A stretch of 64,000 nucleotides of DNA from the NCBI RefSeq assembly GCF_006345805.1, contig NC_043015.1, forward strand, positions 20,398,001 through 20,462,000, given 5' to 3'. This document shows, piece after piece, positions 1 to 14,044 of this stretch. The stretch's first letter is position 1. Each line of letters starts with the position of its first letter. The DNA comes from Octopus sinensis. Lineage: Eukaryota. The notes beneath the pieces are model-generated. The model worked only from the letters and a program-made list of their open reading frames with translations, ran no database searches and was not told the DNA's origin. The position numbers and the translations under genes are program-made.

Positions 1-778
1 GGGTTGTGCCGGTCCTCAGTGTCAGTTTACAGTCATTTTTCTTAGTGTACTGAACTTAAAATTAAGTTTGCTTTATTATGATTCTTCATTTTAATTTATA
101 TTACATTATAAATGTTTATCTTCGCACGAAATTTTCTGCCAGTTTTCCGCTTCACTGCTTTGAATGTCATGGCGGAAGTTGTGGTGTGAAAAGACTTACT
201 TGTGTCACGGTCATTGTTTACACGCTTGGATGATTAACGACACTTTAAACCGCTAGACGATTAGTTAATCAAGCGAATTAAACATAATTAAATATAATTA
301 ACAAGGAAAAACAAACATCGCCGTCATATTTCATTGATTTGGTTGATTAAAGGTGGAGTAATTAGACAGACGGTTTGCGTGAGTTATGGACTAACGTTGT
401 TGTTGTTATTGCTGGGTTGGTGTTGCTTGGCGGGGTGAGAGACTGTGTTTATTAAGTTTATATATGGACATGTGTTTGTATGTATGTCTATATATGATAG
501 TATAAAGATCTTCGAATAGTGGAATGTGTGAGTGAGAGAGAGAGAGAAATGTCTATTGTTTATTGTTTAGTGTTTTCATGTTTACGTACGAAATAATGTG
601 ATGGCGCTGCGCATATATGTGAATCGTAGTTGGTGTGTCCGTAATAGAGGTGTTTGTATATGTATGTATGGGTATATGTATGTGTACACGTATGCAGACG
701 TGTGTAGTTTTGTGTGTCCATTGTGATGTCAAAATATTTGAACAACCACTCTGTCAATCTACTTGTCTGACTCTCTTT

Positions 779-843
<65 letters not shown>

Positions 844-1689
844 TATTTTATATCTCGCGGATGCTCTGGTGTGCAACGTCGGTAATGCTCATGAGGTCCC
901 AGTGGGGGTTTCGGTTCGTTCAATATCAGACCGTCACCCTCTCACCCAGATGACCCAGCTAGGGTTGATCACATGCCATCTTGCATGGAGCATCTGACGC
1001 GATGCAGTGCACTAAATGTTCTGGTTTTCTACGTTCAGACGGGAGCTGGCACGCATCTCAAGTTGCCGGCATGGCTGAAACCCACGTGATTTGGTTTTTA
1101 AGAAGTTCTAGCAGTGTATAAGAAGTGAAGATTTGGTTATTTTGGCAAAAATGAAGAGCGAAGAAGGTTAAGACAGAAAAATTGGAAGATTTTAAATTGA
1201 AGTCCTGCAGGCAATCAGTTGAATGTTTAATTTATTCGAATTCTTTATATACACCGTTCCATTTAAATATCGACCAATAGATAAATATAAAAAAAGAGAC
1301 CAGAGTCCCTGGAAATTGGTGGTTGTTCTGTGTCAGGCATAAATTATATCGCTCGATAAGTTTGTATGGCATCGCAGAGGAATAAATCTGGGCGTTTGGG
1401 GGGCTGAGAGAAAGGAAGAACCGTTTTGAGACGTGGAAATTCACATCTGTCAGTTCGAAAAAGATTCTGTCTGGAATTGATTCCGTATCATCAGAAAAAT
1501 TATATCTGTGGTTGTTAGAAAGAGAGTCTCTAAGTACTCGTTTAATTTGCGAAAAATAGCAGTTAAATCTCCGTCATATATCCTCCTGCTGTTTTAAAAT
1601 TGGATGGATATAATATGCAATGCAGTTCCAGCTGTACAGATTAGCTCTGAGACACTAGTTTACCATTCTTCTTGACGGTATAGGAACTT

Positions 1690-1845
1690 CAGCTCTATAT
1701 TTAAGAGATTAGGAATTATGTACATTATTTACATTTGACGGATATTTGTCCTCATCTGGTTTGTTAACACAACGTTTCGGCTGATACACCCTCCAGCCTT
1801 CATCAGGTATCCTGGGTTCTCATTCCTGAGGTATTTTTCAATGTT

Positions 1846-1917
<72 letters not shown>

Positions 1918-2054
1918 TTGAGAAATACCATAGGAATGAGAACCCAGGTTCAAAATTTCCCCAAGACACCTAAAAAAGGCTGGAGGGTATATCAGCCGAA
2001 ACGTTGTGTTAACAACAAACAAGAGGAGGACAAATATCCGTCAAATGTAAATAA
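1690..2054. mobile_element. Inverted pair of tails of the hammerhead-bearing SINE (family E) around an (AAT)n tract
   Basis: 1725-1845 is reverse-complementary to 1914-2054, with a small deletion in the left arm. (AAT)n lies at ~1848-1913. Confidence 0.85.
1766..1811 (-). ncRNA. Minimal type I hammerhead ribozyme motif (core intact)
   Basis: Minus strand reads GATAC-CTGATGA-A-GGCTG[GAGGGTGTAT]CAGCC-GAAA-CGT-T-GTGTT: 5-bp stem I (2 GU pairs), CUGAUGA core, 5-bp stem II, GAAA, palindromic ACGU in place of stem III, and a GUU cleavage triplet. Confidence 0.65.
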
Positions 2055-2554
2055 GGTATATGAACTTCTAGAAATCTACAACCAATAAACCAGTAGTTTC
2101 GTATAGAATATTTGTACTCGGCATTTAAATTGTAAATAAGTATTATGGAGTAAACCGCACACACACACACGCGCGCGCGCGTACTCGAGATGTAAACACA
2201 ATTTTTGCTTTTAGCTAACAAAAAACACAAACATAATAAAAGCTAAAATACAAAAACAAATAATCTTAGGCGTTGTCAAGGGAGGCAAATCCGAAGGTTA
2301 GAAACGCCCAGTTTTTGAAATCTTGAAATAGATTTGTCTTGATTTTATGTTTTCAGAACTTAAAGCTTCTCAATTCTATTATTAAACGAAAAAAAAAAAA
2401 AAAGCTAAAAGATTTCCAGATTATTCAACACACGAAGAAATTGATAATACAGCTGGGTTTGATGTAATTTCCATGGAAACAATTGCAAGCATAACAGCAG
2501 CAGCAGCAACGACGTCAAGAATAATAATATCAGCAACCAGAAAAAATGAAAAAC

Positions 2555-2880
2555 TGGTACTCCGTCGGTTACGACGACGAGTGTTCCATTTGATGTAACA
2601 AGCGAAACAGCCTTCTCGTAAAATTAACGTGTAGGTGGCTGAGTACTCCACAGTCACGTGTACCCTTCATGTAATTGTCGGAGAGATTCAGAGTGACACG
2701 GAATGTGACAAGGCAGGCCCCTTTTGAATTACAGGTACTACTCATTTTTACCAACCGAATAGACTGCAACAACGTGAAATAAAGTATCTTGCCTAAGGAC
2801 AAAATGCGCGGCTGGGGATCGAACTCACGACCTTACGATTGTCAGCCGAATACCTTAGCCACTAAGCTACGCGTCTTCAC
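2555..2880 (-). mobile_element. tRNA-derived SINE family B
   Basis: Minus-strand head gcgtagcttagtggctaagg...gagttcgatccc. The body is shared with 36030-36305. Confidence 0.8.
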
Positions 2881-2902
2881 AGCAGTCGACAACAAAACCA
2901 AC

Positions 2903-3075
2903 AAAGGCAAAGTCGACCTCGGCAGAATTTGAACTCAGAACGTAAAGAGAGACGTTCTGAGTTCAAATTCCGCCCAGGTAGACTTTGCCTTTCATCCTTT
3001 CGGGGTCGATAAATTAAGTACCAGTTGTGTACTGGGGTCGATCTAAACGACTGGCCTTGTGCCTAGAGTAGAAAA
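2903..3075. mobile_element. SINE family A fold-back (41-bp arms) continuing into a plus-strand tail
   Basis: 2903-2943 and 2952-2992 are near-perfect reverse complements (3 mismatches). Confidence 0.85.
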
Positions 3076-3162
3076 AAAGTATTCTATTGGCTTTCTATTT
3101 GTTGTCTTAGGATATTCCACTCCATTTTCTCTCTCTCTATATATATACGTCGTATATATATA

Positions 3163-3331
3163 CGACGGGTTTCTTTTAGTTTCCGTCTACCAAATCCACT
3201 CACAAGGCTTTGGTCGATCCGAGGCTATAGTAGGAGACACTTGCTGAAGGTGCCACGCAGTGGGACTGAACCTGGAACCATGTGGTTGGGAAGCAAGCTT
3301 CTTACCACACAGCCACGACGCATGCACCTAT
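3163..3331 (-). mobile_element. Composite C/D SINE, head (C) module only
   Basis: acgacgggtttc...gtgccacgcagtgggactgaacc...ttaccacacagccac, shared with many copies. Confidence 0.85.
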
Positions 3332-4755
3332 ACAAGCTATAAATAATAGCACGTAAATATTCTATCCCGAAAGTTTTTTCAACACAATAATTTCATGCTA
3401 TGGTTTATAGCATTATGCACTTCGAGAATGTCACTCTCGCAAGTTTATCAAGTTCTGATGACATAAAAAATAACGATACTCGCCATTCCTCATCTCTCTC
3501 TCTGTCTCCCGTTTCTTTTCTGTTTCATCTTCAGACTCTTAGTTTTCCTGATAAAGATATTCGGCATTAACAAACAGGAACAGAACTAACCGGAAGTCGT
3601 ACAAAGATTCATCCCGGGGGAACCAAGAACTCAAGATAAAAGTAAGGGATCTGACAAACTGGCGAGGATATTATAAGAAGCGTAGACACTTATCAAACGA
3701 ATCAGAATGGTCGGGGTGGGGTGGAGAGTCTTGCGATAGATATTAAGGAAATTATGGTTAGGAAAATGAAAAGCCAAGCAAAATATTTAAATATTTTAAA
3801 ATTACTACTTAAAATATCAGGAAGAAAGAAAAGGAAAATTATAATACGAAGATATATAAAAAAGAAATGATTGATAACACTGTATCGCCATTTTACTGAA
3901 GAAACAGCGCGCGCGCGCACACACACACACATTCACAAGTGTGTAAATATATACGCCGAATATGAATATACATATGTGTATGTATGTGTGTATACATACA
4001 TACACACGTATATTTATATGCGTATGTATATATGCATATGCGTCTAGAAATGAATGTCTATATATGCGTATAGATGCACACATATATATATGTATGTATA
4101 TATATATACACACACGTACACATGTTTGAATGTACACACTCACATACACACACATATACATACATACATACATATATATATCTAGACTTGCACATATCCA
4201 TACAAACATGAACACGCAGGGACGCATTTATATGGAGAGGAAAACGGTTTTATAAAATAAGTTTAAATTAGTAAAAAGCTTTTGGACTCAAAAACCAAGA
4301 AGAATTTCTAGATTGAATTATCTTTATTGATAGAAATTGGTAAGAGATGATCGCCACTTTTGGAACTATTCAAATGAAACTATTTTAACAAATTCATATC
4401 TACACACACATAGCGACGCATATTTTTTCTCCTCTGGCACACTTACATATATATGTACGCATATTAGTAAACACACATACGTACACAAATACGAACACAC
4501 ACACACACACTCCCATATTACGTAAAGCTGTCGCATATAACATTATCATATATATTTAATATTGCTTATACATATATGTATACATGAATATATGTATCTA
4601 TATACATACATTATAACTATATAACTTACGTAAATACATGTACGTGCACGCCTATATACAATTAAACACATTTTATAACTCATATATACATACGCATACG
4701 AACATACATATATAAAAATATACATAGATACACACACACACACACACACACACAG

Positions 4756-4795
<40 letters not shown>

Positions 4796-5531
4796 ATGTA
4801 TAAACATACATGCAAATGTACACATACACACACATATATATAGATATACACACGTATATCTACATAAGGCACACACACACACATATATATATATATACAT
4901 ATGCACACGTGCACCGAGACATACATACAGTACGAATGTTGAAGGTAGGAAAGAAGTGAAATATTTATAAGAGAATATTGATGATGTGAAAGAAAAGTTT
5001 AAATACATGTAACAGAGAGAGAGAAGAGAGTAAGATACAGACGCCGCGTCCTTCTAAGAACACAACGACGTCGACGACGACGACGACGACGATGACGGCG
5101 ATGAATGCCCGCAAAACAAAATGGAATACTATAATACGAGAATATATTCAGAAAATAAAAAGTGAAGATTATGCTATTTATGCTGTTGTCGCCGGTTTTT
5201 TCGACCGATTGGCTGTTTGATTTTGCTGTTGAAGCATTAGAACATCGGACGAAATGCCTCGCGGTATTTCTTGTCTCTTAGTTTTGTGTATAAAATCCCG
5301 CCGGGATCAACTTCGTCTTTCACTCCTCCGGAGCTCAATGATACGAAATACCATTCAAGTATAAGGTTCTCTACTACAGACTAATCCTCCCCCCTCAAAG
5401 GTTGCTCGCCTTGAAGCTAAATCACAGACTACTGTTATATTATTATTATTATTATTATTATTGTTGTTGTTGTTGTTGTTGTTGTTGTTATTATTATTAT
5501 TATATTATTATTATCATTATTATTATTTATT

Positions 5532-5934
5532 GTCTTTGCACAGCTTCTAACGCTGGAGATGTACTACGGTGTCAGCTGTTCAATACCCGTGAACTAAGGT
5601 AACACCCCTTATTTTTCGAGCACCATCCGGAGTATTCGAGCGGTTCCAAGCAGTGCTGTTTTCTGCAAGTGTTTCACGCTTATTGCAGCCCCTATTTGGT
5701 TGTTCCGTGTAGTTATTATCAAGACTTTTACTCACTGTTTCCAGGGCTTCGACAATTATTGGTACTACTACCACCTTTTTCAGTGACCACAACTATTTAA
5801 TCTCCCAAGCTAACCTGTCATATCTACCGGCTTTTCTTCCATCCTTATCGCATTCTTTATTGTCAGTTGGGCATGCTAAATGATCCAGCATCGTTTGCTT
5901 TCTTTCTCAATTAACACTATGTCTGGTTTCCTTT
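5532..5934 (-). mobile_element. R4/Dong-like RLE LINE 3' end embedded in (TAA)n
   Basis: Minus strand RKPDIVLIEKESKRCWII..ACPTD, WSLKKVVVVPIIVEALETVSK and TALLGTARILRMVL. The 3' end abuts (AAT)n, and AAT-rich sequence lies at the 5' side. Confidence 0.8.
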
Positions 5935-6149
5935 ATAATAATTATTATTAAAAAGGTGGTGAGCTGGCCGAATCGTTAGGACGCTAGACGAAATACTTAG
6001 AGGTATTTCGCCCGTCGCTATGTTCTGAGCTCAAATTACTACGAGATCGGCTTAATTAACTAGTCCCTTCCCCTAAAATTCTTGTCTTGTACCTATAGTA
6101 GAAAACATTATTATTATTATTATTAATATTATTATTATTATTAAAGCGG

Positions 6150-6249
6150 NNNNNNNNNNNNNNNNNNNNNNNNNNNNNNNNNNNNNNNNNNNNNNNNNNN
6201 NNNNNNNNNNNNNNNNNNNNNNNNNNNNNNNNNNNNNNNNNNNNNNNNN
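6150..6249. other. Assembly gap (100 N)
   Basis: Run of N; the exact 100-nt length suggests a placeholder of unknown true size. Confidence 0.99.
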
Positions 6250-6700
6250 ATAATGCTGCGTTTATGCTCTTCGTTCTTCATCTGAAGCCCTTCGTTCTCT
6301 TTGGAACATAGGTCGTTGATGATCATTCCCCAAAGTTCTCGACTCGGCCGTTTTTTCTGCTTCTCCCCAGTTGGATCTTTGATTTTCCTTGTATCTTCCT
6401 TTTTGGATTTCGCTGCAACGTTTCATGTTTCCCTGATGAAAGACCTTCCTGTCTCAGATCTTTTTATTTGGCTTTGAATTGTCACTGCTGCTTCTTTAAC
6501 TTTGCTTTTTTTTAGATAAGGGTTTTGGCCCTACACAAACCCATTTTTAACTTTAGGAAGAAATAGCCGATATTAATCTGCCCTTTGTTCTATGACCTGT
6601 GAAACACTTGAGCTTCGCTGGTATACATTCCAGGGTCAATCAGGTATGCATCACACCACAACAAGCACTGGAACACATGATAGACGTATCCTGGTTGGTT
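6250..6700 (-). mobile_element. RTE-like LINE 3' remnant next to the gap
   Basis: Minus strand SRELWGMIINDLCSKENE resembles RTE C-termini (R..W..ii..lc). A degraded RAKT(L) motif (GRPK-like) lies upstream. Confidence 0.5.
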
Positions 6701-7370
6701 TACATGATATCATATTTAAGGTAAAAGAAAATGGTAGAGTGGGAATCAAAGCAAATCGAGCAAATAGCGGCTCTTCACGAGCTGAGTTCAAACGTTGCCG
6801 AGGTCGACTTTGCTTTTAAACATTTTTAGGTCGATAAAATAAGTCCCAGATGAGCAATAAAATCGATGTAATTGACTTCCCGGTTCACCCCTAAAATTGC
6901 CGGCCTTGTGCCAAAAGTTGATACTATTGTCTACCAACGTTGCTTTATATTCTTGGTCTGTTTCACCTTGAAATAGATTTCAGGTTTTATCTCTTCCCAG
7001 TGGCTTTTCATCGACAGCAGAAGTTTTTAATTTGAAAGGAGGGTGGCGGTGCAGGGTTCTTCAACTTGAACGACATCTAATCGCTACGGGTCGAGTCCTC
7101 ACATCACTCAATCGCAAATAACCTGCGGTTAAACTACAAGAAAACGAGAGTAGCAGCAGCAGAAACAACGACAGCAATCTCTCGTAAATGGTTGGGAGGG
7201 CTCTCTATTAATGTTCGGGTTAAGATTAGAGTCGGATAAAATAGAGATCAACACTATGGCACGCACTACCGACTTTTACCACACACACATATATATATAC
7301 ATAACTATATATACACATATATACATAACTATATATACACATATATATATGGACATATTTATACATATCT

Positions 7371-7401
<31 letters not shown>

Positions 7402-7501
7402 CATATATGCATATATACACACATATATATACATATATATATATACGTATATATACATATATGTACATATATGTATATATATATACATATAGATGCATAT
7501 A

Positions 7502-7534
<33 letters not shown>

Positions 7535-7634
7535 ATACAATATATATACATACATACATATATATATGCATATATATATACATACATATATAATATATAT
7601 ATATATAGATGCATATATATATATATCTACATAC

Positions 7635-7681
<47 letters not shown>

Positions 7682-8262
7682 ATATATATATACATATATA
7701 CATATACACACCCACAGATATATATACATATAGAAGAGATAAAAATGAATCAGAGTCGTTAATGTCTACCTAAATTGAGGAAGAGTGACTAAACTATGAA
7801 ACACCTTATGGCCAGATTACTGATAGATAGAAAGAGGGGAGAGAGTGAGAATGTGTGTATGAGAGATAGAGAGAGGTAGAAAGAGTGAGAGGGCAGTAAA
7901 GAACACTCGTCTATCACCTTTCATCACAGTCCGGCGCCTTACATAGCGAACCGAAATTTCGATTTTCTATTCTGGAAGTTTATCGATGTCCTAGACAGAA
8001 TACAATTACCCTTTCTCGGCCACCTTCAACTCACCGCCAAATACAACAAACCAACAGAAAACAGATAACACCATTAACAATAACAACGACTTTATCAAGG
8101 GTATCATTAAAAAAATACATAAAAACTACACAAAACAAATCAAAGAAAATAGAACGAAATCAAAATCATATATATATATACATACACACACATACATATA
8201 TAAAGGTATATATATATGTGTCTGTATGTGTATTTTTATACCTGTACGTACATAAACAGACA

Positions 8263-8308
<46 letters not shown>

Positions 8309-9194
8309 CATACATATATGTATACATATCATATACATGCATACATACATACATGCATACATACAAACTTACATATATATCATATAACATGCATAGAAGG
8401 AGAATGGCGTTCATTAAATATAGATGGAAATAAAGAGAAAGGCGTATTACAAAGTTCGTAGCCTCGCTGTGAGCATCACTTTACAGTGAGTAACAAAAAC
8501 CTAACTTTAACCCATGCCCTAGCACTAACCCTAACCCTAACACTAATACTGCGAAGAAATAAAAGCAGAGAAAAAAGAGGTAAAGAAATGAGGATAACGC
8601 AAGATGTTTTATAGCATGTCAGCCATATTGACAACAAACGATGCTGACTGTAGAAGACCTCCGAAAATAGCGAAGTAATTATACTTGAGCTATAAAGTAA
8701 ATCTAAAACGTGTTTTATTATTGCGGTTAAGAGCGGTAATATATTTTTTCTTCTTTCTTCATCACAATTATCTGCCCACTACCGTACCACAGCCAAGCAA
8801 CCAGTACTCAGAACTTTCTGTAAGCTCCACCGCTCTCAATGGCACCACCATGAACACCGCCACCACCAACACCACAGAACGACAGGCCGAACACCACGCC
8901 TATCACCGCACTTTGTGTTTCTATGTCTACGTTTATCTGGTTATGGCTAATAAGTAGGTGGTTTGCCTTCCTGTGTAATTTGTACGCCCGTTAATAGCCA
9001 GTTGGCTTTTAGACAAAATTGACTTACAACAAAGACAATAACAAAAAAGCAGAGAACAAACAAGCAAAAGGATGGAATAACAATAATTTCGGTGTTTGCT
9101 GTACTTTGCCAACATGTACACCGTTTGCAGCAATCAATTCAAATACTTGATCACACCCTATTATATATATATATATATATATACACATATATAT

Positions 9195-9545
9195 AGCTTT
9201 TATCTTTCATTTCTACCAGTCATGTGATTGCGGCCATAATGGGGCACTGCCTTGAAGAATTTTTTGTCGAATGACTCGACCCCGGTGCTGTTACTTTCAG
9301 AGCTTGGTACTTATTCTATCGGTCTTTTATGTCAGACCGCTAAGTTTCAGGTATGTAAGCAAACCAACACGGGTTGTCAAGCGGTAGTGGAGGATAATCA
9401 CACACACACAAACATAGATATACGACGAGCTTCTTTCAGTTTCCGTTTACCAAATCCACTCAAGGCTTTGGTTGACTTAAGGTTATAGTAGAAAACACTT
9501 GCCCAAGGTGCAACGCAGTGGCACTGAACCTGGAACCATGTGATT
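9195..9545 (-). mobile_element. Composite C/D SINE (head truncated)
   Basis: D module (gtacttattctatcgg, ggttgtcaagcg), CA tract and C module (caaatccactcaaggctttgg). Confidence 0.8.
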
Positions 9546-10139
9546 GGGGTACGTTCTGATAGTGTAGAATGTCAGTGCATTCCTAATGCAGTACTTCGCA
9601 TAGATGTTTGGTTATCTACAGAAACTATTCCAAGTCCGCTGGCGCAGAAACTCCAGGATTCCCACCGGCAAGAGCAGAGGGTGTTTTGGAGAACAACATG
9701 TAATACTAAATCGGTTCGGTGCAAAAAGAATCGACTAAATACTATAGTCTGATAAAGTACCACTCGATATATTCAACCTTGCATATTGAGTAACTTATCA
9801 CATGGAATTATTTACGTATAATGTGGTTAGAAACGGTGTAGTACAGAAACGATTGTAACTAACAATAATGTCATGCTATATTCATTTTGTCGTATAAACA
9901 CACACACGTGCGCGCGTGCATGTAATACGTACTTCCGTGTTTGATGTTGCGCGGTTTACCTTGTGAGTGATAGATTGTCAGAAACTGCTCAAATTTTCAG
10001 ATACGCATTCTTTTTAGTAACATTTTAATCCCGTTGTTGATAATTAAATAATATACAAATTAATCTATCCGTTTCTTCTTGGTTTGTGTTTGGTTTAGAC
10101 AGCGATTACTACTGAATACTCTTTGTAGAAAGGGCTAAT

Positions 10140-10770
10140 GAATATGATGATATAACATATGCTACAATGAAGGAAGAATTTGAAAGAAAACCCAGAATAT
10201 GCCATGAAAGTAAGAGTCATCCTAAAAACTGAACTGAATGTAAAAGACAGAATATATGCTATAAACATCCAGTTATGCCTGACAGCTTGAAGATCGTCTG
10301 CTGGAGCATAAGGTGAAATTGAATGGAGAGACATGAAGATGCCAAAGGTATTGACATGTAACTAAACTCAGTATTCTTAGGTTGGTGTTGATCGTCTAAA
10401 CCTGTCCTGAACAAGCTAAAGCAATGTTACAACTTGATGCTTCATGTAAAATAACAATGGGGATGTTTAGACACGTAGATTAACAGAAGATTACATGTTG
10501 CAACATGTTCGAGAGCGTGAAAACGGCATAAAACTACATTTTGTTACGACATAATATAGAAAATGCGCAACCGAACGCAATATAAACTTCGAAATAAGTG
10601 AACAACAGGGAAAACCCTCGAGGTACAGGATAAAAACATTAAGAAGCTAGAGAAAGTGCAAAGTCAAGGAAAATTAGAAGAGCAAAGAAGAGAAAACCTC
10701 TACGTGGACAGTATGTATTTCAAAGCAAAATCCAAGATGTGTACGAGAAAAACAACACGTCAATCGTAGA
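10140..10770 (+). mobile_element. Decayed R4/Dong-like LINE fragment
   Basis: Frameshifted motifs MKVRVILKTELNVKDRIYAIN, IVCWSI, VDRLNL and KPLRGQY. Confidence 0.75.
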
Positions 10771-11029
10771 AGAGGAAAAATTACTGGACACAAAATCCTC
10801 CTTTTCGATCGCGTTTCTCATCATGTGGAACTTTGACAAGTTGGTGAGAATAACACCTTAAAGGAAAAGCGCTGTCCTCAAGCCATTCAGTCGCTTCAGC
10901 TCTTGTGGATTCCATCCCAACCTTACCTGTAGAATTTAGGCCGAATGATCATAGCCCTTCTGAGGCACAACCAGTCTAAGGATGCTTAAAATGTATCTGT
11001 AATTCTGGACCGGAATATCCAGAACCTAT

Positions 11030-11500
11030 TATCCTGTTCTTGTCCACACTTAGAACCGGTCACACTCTTAATGAAACTAAAAATAACATAATAAATTATG
11101 CTTAACGACGCCCTATTGTCCACATTCTAAAGGGCCAATCCAACTGTTTGCAACAAAAATGCTTACAAAAAAAAAAAAAACCCTCTGAAATACATTTTCT
11201 CCACTCTGCTTTTTTCCGCTGACATTACGTTGACCATTTTCCCTCGGAGATGCTTAGCCTCACTTTACCTCCTGTTAAGCTTATCTCACTCATCGTTCTC
11301 ACCCAACTCTCTCTTATTTGTCACCATTTTGAATACATTCTCACTGGTGCTGCACTAATCTTCAATTTTTCTGTCCCAGAACGTCAATCTTTTTCGAATA
11401 CAAAAATAACAAGATATTTAATAATAATTTTCTCTTACCCTGATCACATAAGTAGTAGATCCGACTTCCAGGTGTCTCTTTATGTAAACTGTACCGTTAT
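11030..11500 (+). mobile_element. Decayed L2/CR1-like LINE 3' region
   Basis: CPHLE, YCPH, HFPSEMLSLTLPP and (F)CPRTSIF resemble RPHLEY, YCSHIW, CSSELASL.PP and SF.PRTS.LWN. Confidence 0.5.
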
Positions 11501-11703
11501 AGGGTTGAATTTCAAATGGAGTGCTATCAGCGTCTGCCAAAAAAATAAATAAATAAAAATAAAATAATAATACAAATAGGTGTTATATACATACACAGAA
11601 AAATATATATATCTATATATATGTTGTAGAGATATCTATCTATCTTTGTGTGCGTTTGTGTATGTATATATATATATATATCTATATATATATATATATA
11701 TAT

Positions 11704-11741
<38 letters not shown>

Positions 11742-11821
11742 CATATGTGTGTACACAATGACTAAAACAAGAGGTAAGCGGTAAAAGATATATATATATA
11801 CATATATATATATACATACAT

Positions 11822-11861
<40 letters not shown>

Positions 11862-12581
11862 ATGTATGTGTGCGTGTGTGTGTGTGTACACAATGACATA
11901 TATATATATACATATATATCTTCATATATATATATATATATATATATAATCAATGAATAAAAGGAAACAAAGCAAGCAATAACTATTAATGCACTATTTG
12001 AGAAGTACAGGTAAACTTTTCAAGGAAAAGATAAACTGTGATAAAACGCATTTGATAGGAGAGCGCTGCGTAAAATGCCAAAACAATTTGTTAAGCACTG
12101 AGAGGACCATTAAGACGTTTATGATGTCTGCATAGAGTGGAGGATATCTGCTTCGTAGAATGCCTCAATAATTGTATGGTTGATAGGAATGAACGTGTTA
12201 GGAAGACCAAATTTGAAATTGAAATAAGAGAGAATTTCCTGCCAGTGGCTTACATTCTGTATGGCTTTTTGTCAGTCAGTGTGTGTGTCCCTGAGGTACA
12301 GTATATGCATAGAAGTGTATATTATACATGAATATATACATACACAGACACACGCATATATATATTTATATATATATATATATATATCTGTACCTTTCTC
12401 TCTTTATATATATATTTATTTACATATATATGAATATATATCTCTGTGTGTGTGCGTTCGGTTTATGTGACTTGCGTGCTGTGTTTGTCCCCTACTAGCC
12501 TTTGTTAACGTGGCAGTTCAGAAAATGACAATAATAAAATAAGCGCCGCAGTCTAATCACTGAAACAAGACAATGAAATTC

Positions 12582-12621
<40 letters not shown>

Positions 12622-12644
12622 ATAATAATACCAACAACAACAAC

Positions 12645-12676
<32 letters not shown>

Positions 12677-12689
12677 TAATAATAATAAT

Positions 12690-13235
12690 TGCAGTACCAG
12701 GCAGTGGCTCTCATGGCTTCTGATCTTAACTGATTGGAAGTGTTATCATGTACATTGTTTTGTCTTGGTATAAAAGATGGGCTACAGCAAATATTCTGCT
12801 CAATACCACAGATTTGCTTGTCAGTTGTTTGACCTTAACCAGTTGAGCATGTCTCTTAGTGGCTGACGATATGTGCATCTCTGATCACGAGCAGAAGTAG
12901 TGGGGGAGCATCATAGCCATGTGTTGAGAAGGATTCTTTGGGGTTTGAATAATTCACCTCTGGAAACATGGGTGTTTCGTTCAACGTCCTTAAACAACCC
13001 TTATTCAGGGACCATTTGAGCAGGATGGGTTACTCGATCTGAAGAAAATTCTAACGGGCTCCACCTGCAAGGTCATGTGCTGTTTATCTTGATATGAGAT
13101 CACCATATCGCGCACATATGGTTGTGATGCATGTGCCTGGTGTACCCTTATCAGACGGGTAGTCATGATGGGTATACTGGGCTTCGTATATTTTACCCCA
13201 GTGTCACTTTGATGGCATGCTCTGCTCGCTCACTC
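12690..13235 (+). mobile_element. ~545-bp non-coding dispersed element flanked by (AAT)n on both sides (copy 1)
   Basis: Highly similar to 14744-15120. It ends ...gctcactc(aat)n and is preceded by (AAT)n. Orientation is inferred from the tail. Confidence 0.8.
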
Positions 13236-13345
<110 letters not shown>

Positions 13346-13356
13346 GTAGTAGTAGT

Positions 13357-13980
13357 AAAGCAGCGACCTAGCAGAATCGTTAGCACGCCGGCAGAAATTC
13401 TTAGCCGTATTTCGCCCATCGCTACGTTCTGAGTTCAAATTCCGCCCAGGTCGACGTTACCTTTCCGTAAAATTATGTGCCAGTTGAACACTGGGGTCGA
13501 CTCATCCCTCACCTCCCCCAAGCTACCCTTGTGGAAAAACTTTGAAATGATAATAATTATTGTTATTAAGGCGGCGAGCAGGCAGAATGCTTAGCGGCAT
13601 TTCGTCCGTAATTACGTACTGAGTTCAATTTCCGCCACGGCTGAATTTACCTTTCATCCCTTCAGGGCAGTTAAAATAAGTACCAGCTGAACGCTGGAGT
13701 CGATGTAATCGGTTTCTCCTCTCCTCCAAATATCATGCCTTCTGCCTAGAGCAGAAACAATCATCAGTAAGACGGTGAGCGGGCAGGATCGTTAGCACGC
13801 TGGACGAAATGCTTAGCGGTATTTCGCCCATCGCTAGGTTCTGAGTTCAAATTACGCCGAGGTTGATTTTTGCCTTTCTTCCTTTCGGGGCGATAAATTA
13901 AGTAACGGTTGTGTACTGTGGTTGATGTAATCGACTTAACCCCTCCCCCCAAATTTCAGGCCTTGCTACTTTCGTAGAAA
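13357..13980 (+). mobile_element. Tandem trio of family A SINEs (13357-13547, 13568-13757, 13769-13980)
   Basis: Each starts aag(g/a)cgg(c/t)gagc-like, contains gttctgagttcaaatt and ends ...gaaa. They are separated and followed by ATT-type repeats. Confidence 0.85.
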
Positions 13981-13982
13981 CG

Positions 13983-14044
<62 letters not shown>

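Larger units (their letters stand above)
5236..6923 (+). mobile_element. Three family A SINE copies (~5236-5395 degenerate, ~5952-6105, ~6780-6923)
   Basis: Shared gttctgagttcaaatt..gccgaggtcg (B-box-like) and ggccttgtgcc tail motifs. Confidence 0.7.

Noticed and set aside
2421-2657. Hydrophobic ORF resembling a transmembrane segment
   Set aside because: Half overlaps a SINE B tail and the hydrophobicity comes from CAG/AAT repeats on the opposite strand.
2800-2880. tRNA gene (also 50395-50450)
   Set aside because: tRNA-like A/B boxes run directly into multi-copy SINE bodies and no complete cloverleaf is evident.
8525-8540. Interstitial telomere (TAACCC)n
   Set aside because: Only about two and a half units, too short to distinguish from chance or a transposon subterminal motif.
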